A stretch of 60,701 nucleotides of DNA from Candidatus Woesebacteria bacterium GW2011_GWA1_39_21 (GTDB lineage Bacteria > Patescibacteriota > Microgenomatia > UBA8517), in NCBI GenBank assembly GCA_000993685.1, contig LBWP01000018.1, positions 1 through 60,701 of the forward strand, written 5' to 3'. The first letter of the stretch is position 1; the number at the start of each line of letters is the position of its first letter. The notes below the pieces were generated by a model, which had not been told where the DNA came from, did not search any database, and saw only the letters and a program-made list of their open reading frames with translations. The position numbers and the translations under genes are program-made. This document shows positions 57,527-60,701 of the stretch, in pieces.

Positions 57527-58393
57527 TTACAGAGCAAGAAGAATTGCAGTTACGATCAACAATAACCCTAGACCAATGCCGATATAAGTTGGTGCAGAGT
57601 ATCCAGCATTTGGTAATTGGACGGAAGCTGTTGGGGTTGCTGTTGGCCGCAAGGTCGAAGTAGGAATAACTGTTACTGTACCAGTTGGCGTAAGCGATGG
57701 TTTAACGGTTGGTGTTGGTGTCGGAGTCTTTGTTGGAGAAGGAGTTGCTGTTGGCTTTATTGTCGCAACAGGCTGCGTTGGAGCGGGGCTTCCCTGATCA
57801 TTATTTACGGTAAATGTTGCCATTCCCGTCGACGGATCGGGGATATTGAGGATGTCCTGTCCATTTGACTTCTGTGTAATAATACTTTGGCTTGGGTCAA
57901 ACCTTAAGGAAAAGGGGTTTGTTTGTGGAATCCTATCTACGGACAATTTGAAAGTTGCCAAAAGTGTATCCGATTTGGTTGAATACCCCGTTGCCCCGAT
58001 ATTTGCACAGGCAATGTCGATTGCGATATTCTGCCCCTCTGTCGTTACCGACTTTGTTGGACAATTCCAATCACCGGATTTTTCAATCACCTGATTTATC
58101 TCAATGCCCGAAGCAACAATCTCAGGAGATGTTCCGCTGAAAGGATAGACTAATCGCATCTTAATCGAGGAAATGGAAACTCCCGAAGTGTTGAAGTAGA
58201 CGCTGACAGGTAGACTGTCTCCGACTTTAAAACTACCCGAAGTGGGAAAAAGCGAAACGCGCGCCTGGCCCCCGGGAACCGCTGCCTTTTCGCGTAAATC
58301 TTGCTGCTGTTTAACCAAAATAACTCCCGCATAAACACCAACAGCCAATACGATTATCGCAAAAATAGAAGCGGCAATGCTTTTTTTCGACAT
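57527..58393 (-). CDS. Surface protein: N-terminal TM, cohesin-like domain, Pro/Thr linker, LPxTG-like (LPNAG) motif and C-terminal TM
   Basis: Beta-rich VGDSLPVSVYFNT...LATFKL...LRFD segment; PTATPSPTKTPTPTPT; LPNAG followed by a hydrophobic tail. Confidence 0.7.
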   Translation of the reverse strand: MSKKSIAASIFAIIVLAVGVYAGVILVKQQQDLREKAAVPGGQARVSLFPTSGSFKVGDSLPVSVYFNTSGVSISSIKMRLVYPFSGTSPEIVASGIEINQVIEKSGDWNCPTKSVTTEGQNIAIDIACANIGATGYSTKSDTLLATFKLSVDRIPQTNPFSLRFDPSQSIITQKSNGQDILNIPDPSTGMATFTVNNDQGSPAPTQPVATIKPTATPSPTKTPTPTPTVKPSLTPTGTVTVIPTSTLRPTATPTASVQLPNAGYSAPTYIGIGLGLLLIVTAILLAL

Positions 58394-58524
58394 GTGGATA
58401 TTAACATTTAATCATTTTTGCCTCGCAAAAAACAAGGGGTAATTAACAAAAGGAAACACTGAGTTATTCCTAGATTTGAAATTAAATACAAAACTAATTT
58501 AGGATCTTCCCCTAAAAACCTTTG

Positions 58525-58596
58525 AGCCGACGATGGGAATTGAACCCATGACCTAGTACTTACCAAGTACTCGCTCTACCACTGAGCCACGTCGGC
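58525..58596 (-). tRNA. tRNA-Thr(GGT)
   Basis: GCCGACG/CGTCGGC acceptor; AGTAC-TTGGTAA-GTACT; ATGGG-TTCAATT-CCCAT. Confidence 0.95.
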
Positions 58597-58727
58597 TTTT
58601 AAAATTTCGTCTAACGCTGATGCGTCGCGCAGACATTTGAAATTATACCAGTTTTTGCTTTCCTTGATACGGTAAAACAAAGTAGTAATTGGAAATTGAT
58701 TGGTTAACTGATAGAATAGCTTGTCGT

Positions 58728-58919
58728 ATGGCAAAAAAAGGTGCACGGGAATTGGTCGGGATGATCTGTTCAGTTTGCAAGTCACAAAATTATGTGACCG
58801 AACGGAATAAGGTCAACATGGCTGAAAAGTCTGAAGGCTCATCGAAACTGCAGATTAAAAAATTTTGCAAAAGGTGCATGAAAGTCACGCTTCACAAAGA
58901 AACGGCCAAACTGAAGTAA
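58728..58919 (+). CDS. rpmG: 50S ribosomal protein L33
   Basis: MAKKGAREL...CSVCKSQNY...KN-like...KKFCKRCMKVTLHKE. Confidence 0.92.
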   Translation: MAKKGARELVGMICSVCKSQNYVTERNKVNMAEKSEGSSKLQIKKFCKRCMKVTLHKETAKLK

Positions 58920-58924
58920 ATTTA

Positions 58925-59224
58925 TTATTCTACGGAGTCGATTAAAGAGGTTTGTGGATCAGGGTTGTCGAATTGCCCCTCAAGTTTAGCTTTTATTTCT
59001 TCTCTTGATACTCCTAACCCATCATAGATTCCAAGATTTTCTGCAGTTTTTGTTGGATCAAATATTACTCTAACGTCTCCCGAAGTTTGTTTTTTGTGAA
59101 AACTGTCAATTGTTTTTGTAATCTCGAAAGCTCGTTTAATTCTACTTTGGATATCCGGCGTTATTGATCCCAAAAAAGGAGTCTGGTTTTTTATTTCTGT
59201 CATAAAAAATAAATTAAGACTCAC
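58925..59224 (-). CDS. Hypothetical protein
   Basis: 99 aa AT-rich ORF, overlapping the upstream ORF by 11 nt. Confidence 0.5.
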   Translation of the reverse strand: MSLNLFFMTEIKNQTPFLGSITPDIQSRIKRAFEITKTIDSFHKKQTSGDVRVIFDPTKTAENLGIYDGLGVSREEIKAKLEGQFDNPDPQTSLIDSVE

Positions 59225-59558
59225 CCTTACTTACCCTCTGACATGGTTGGAGTCCTCGTTTATCGTGATGAGATATTCCAAGATTCTCATCTACAACATG
59301 CTGATCTAATTTTTGTTGAAGATCCAATTGTGTTTGAGCAGCATTCTCAATACTTACGGTTCTATCACTTCCTCCATAATTGTCACTCAGATCTCCTTGA
59401 GTTAAATGCTTACCTTCACTGTGAAATCCACCAGCAATAAAATGAACTATATCTTCTATTCTATCCCTTGCTGCCTGTCCAGTAGTAACACCACCTTGCA
59501 AAGCGGTACTATTACTAAACAATCCTTTTAACTTGCCAACAATGTCTCTTTCAGCCAT
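59214..59558 (-). CDS. Hypothetical protein
   Basis: 114 aa ORF preceded by an AT-rich promoter-like region. Confidence 0.55.
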   Translation of the reverse strand: MAERDIVGKLKGLFSNSTALQGGVTTGQAARDRIEDIVHFIAGGFHSEGKHLTQGDLSDNYGGSDRTVSIENAAQTQLDLQQKLDQHVVDENLGISHHDKRGLQPCQRVSKGES

Positions 59559-59708
59559 AGGGCGGAATTATATCATATCTTACGTTTAAACAATATAAAA
59601 AAAACTTTAAAATATATATTTAATTTCAATCTCTATTTTTATCTTCCAACCGACTTCATATAAAATATTCGTTTTATCCGACTTTTGAGATATAATGTCT
59701 CTTATATT

Positions 59709-59742
59709 AGGGGTGTCGTTCAGTGGCAGGATAGCAGTCTCC
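59709..59742 (+). pseudogene. Isolated 5' half of a second tRNA-Trp
   Basis: AGGGGTG-TC-GTTC-AGTGGCA-GGAT-A-GCAGT-CTCC, stopping after anticodon position 35; the matching acceptor 3' strand CACCCCT-G is at 59963-59970. Confidence 0.7.
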
Positions 59743-59766
59743 CCTTCTGCCTTGCACTTTGAATAT

Positions 59767-59837
59767 ACGGGTGTGATGAAATGGTATCATGGCGGTCTCC
59801 AAAACCGCTCTTCCAGGTTCGAATCCTGGCACCCGTG
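59767..59837 (+). tRNA. tRNA-Trp(CCA)
   Basis: ACGGGTG/CACCCGT acceptor, ATGA/TCAT D-stem, GCGGT-CTCCAAA-ACCGC, CCAGG-TTCGAAT-CCTGG, discriminator G. Confidence 0.95.
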
Positions 59838-60002
59838 CAACTACTGCGGGCAGGCAAAACCCGTGACGAGAGTTCGATGACACCCTTCGCGGCTCGAAAA
59901 TTCGTAAGAATTGAGATAAAGTGAAGTAAGACATATGAAATTTACTAATTTCATATTCTCCCCACCCCTGCAAAATAATCTCGGAAGATATATACTGTCA
60001 TC

Positions 60003-60140
60003 ATGCAAAAGAAACAAATAATTGTGGTTTTTGCAATTGCACTTGTAATAGTTATTCTAATCTACTTTGTATCACTAATATTATCAGTTAATAACCAGTG
60101 TCACCCATTACTAAGAGCGTTTGGAGAAAAGTGTTTTTGA
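60003..60140 (+). CDS. Small membrane protein (45 aa, below the ORF-track cutoff)
   Basis: MQKKQIIVVFAIALVIVILIYFVSLILSVNNQCHPLLRAFGEKCF: basic N-terminus and one TM helix. Confidence 0.5.
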   Translation: MQKKQIIVVFAIALVIVILIYFVSLILSVNNQCHPLLRAFGEKCF

Positions 60141-60230
60141 AAACTTTCCTCTATTAAAAAGTTCCTGCATAGTTCACTGCCCCTGCTGAGAAAATTTAGC
60201 TTCATTTCTCTAATGATATAATGAAAAAAT

Positions 60231-60614
60231 ATGATTTATGCTTGTACAAATTGCGGCCGAGAAAAGTCCACCTTAACAGGATCTATTTCCGCAAAAGAAA
60301 GATATATTTCCGAACGGGTTAAAAAGGTTATTGCACTTAGTAATCAAAAAAGATTACCCCTACTGTTTATTTCGGGTAAATATGGATTGATTTCCGCCGA
60401 TACAAAAATTCCTTACTATAACCTCCGCTTAGAGGAAAGCTCCGTATCTACTTTGGTTAAACTAGCAATCAAACAAGCCAAAGATCTAAAAATTTCCAAG
60501 TTAATTTTCTATGCAAAACCTAAAGACGATAAACTTAAACTTTATTACGATGTAATCGAAAAAGTTTGTAGTAATTTAGGAATAAAAGTAGATTTTGTCA
60601 CACTAATAGAATAA
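60231..60614 (+). CDS. DUF6884-like protein
   Basis: C..K......AKERY...LFISGKYGLISAD..IPYYNLRL resembles the DUF6884 pattern; family assigned from memory of the motif. Confidence 0.55.
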   Translation: MIYACTNCGREKSTLTGSISAKERYISERVKKVIALSNQKRLPLLFISGKYGLISADTKIPYYNLRLEESSVSTLVKLAIKQAKDLKISKLIFYAKPKDDKLKLYYDVIEKVCSNLGIKVDFVTLIE

Positions 60615-60701
60615 TTTATTTGAGCGTAAAAAGTTCGTAATTATTTTACAAGTAATAATTGATTTGTATACTTTCTCCTTCGTTTTCACTCAGGATCTTC
60701 G

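Noticed and set aside
1502-59440. The many 60-180 aa ORFs antisense to or nested in long annotated genes (e.g. 6357-6905, 10752-11102, 37967-38356)
   Set aside because: Shadow ORFs with no family motifs, opposite well-supported genes.

Overview
A 60.7 kb, AT-rich, gene-dense chromosomal segment read with the standard bacterial code. It is most consistent with a Patescibacteria/CPR (Microgenomates-like) genome, inferred from the short proS and tsf, the pilin cluster and the many small orphans. Most genes lie on the minus strand. Content: (1) a type IV pilus/T2SS-like locus (five pilin-like genes, pilC, pilB) preceded by three receiver-only response regulators and a PAS-PAS histidine kinase and followed by an ArnT-like glycosyltransferase; (2) housekeeping genes cysS, recR, ybaB, dnaX, ybeY, yqeY, two HIT genes, yvcK, proS, rseP, frr, tsf, rpsB, topA, dprA, mrdA, mreB, def, fmt, rpmB, rpmG, queA; (3) a one-carbon/thymidylate cluster (folD, ATP-cone protein, glyA, tmk, thyA, folA, MazG-like); (4) four intact tRNAs (Thr-TGT, Tyr-GTA, Thr-GGT, Trp-CCA). 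No rRNA, CRISPR array or intact transposase/integrase was seen. The most unusual non-coding signals are: an intact tRNA-Trp nested between the separated 5' half and 3' acceptor end of a second tRNA-Trp; eight ORF-less IS200/IS605-type palindromic mini-elements whose end tetranucleotides mostly follow the known guide/cleavage-site rule; a ~200 nt rod-like 6S-like RNA candidate; a duplicated tRNA-Tyr 3' end; and heptamer repeats translated inside recR and proS. cysS, frr and queA each show a clean deletion, which may be real or an assembly artefact.
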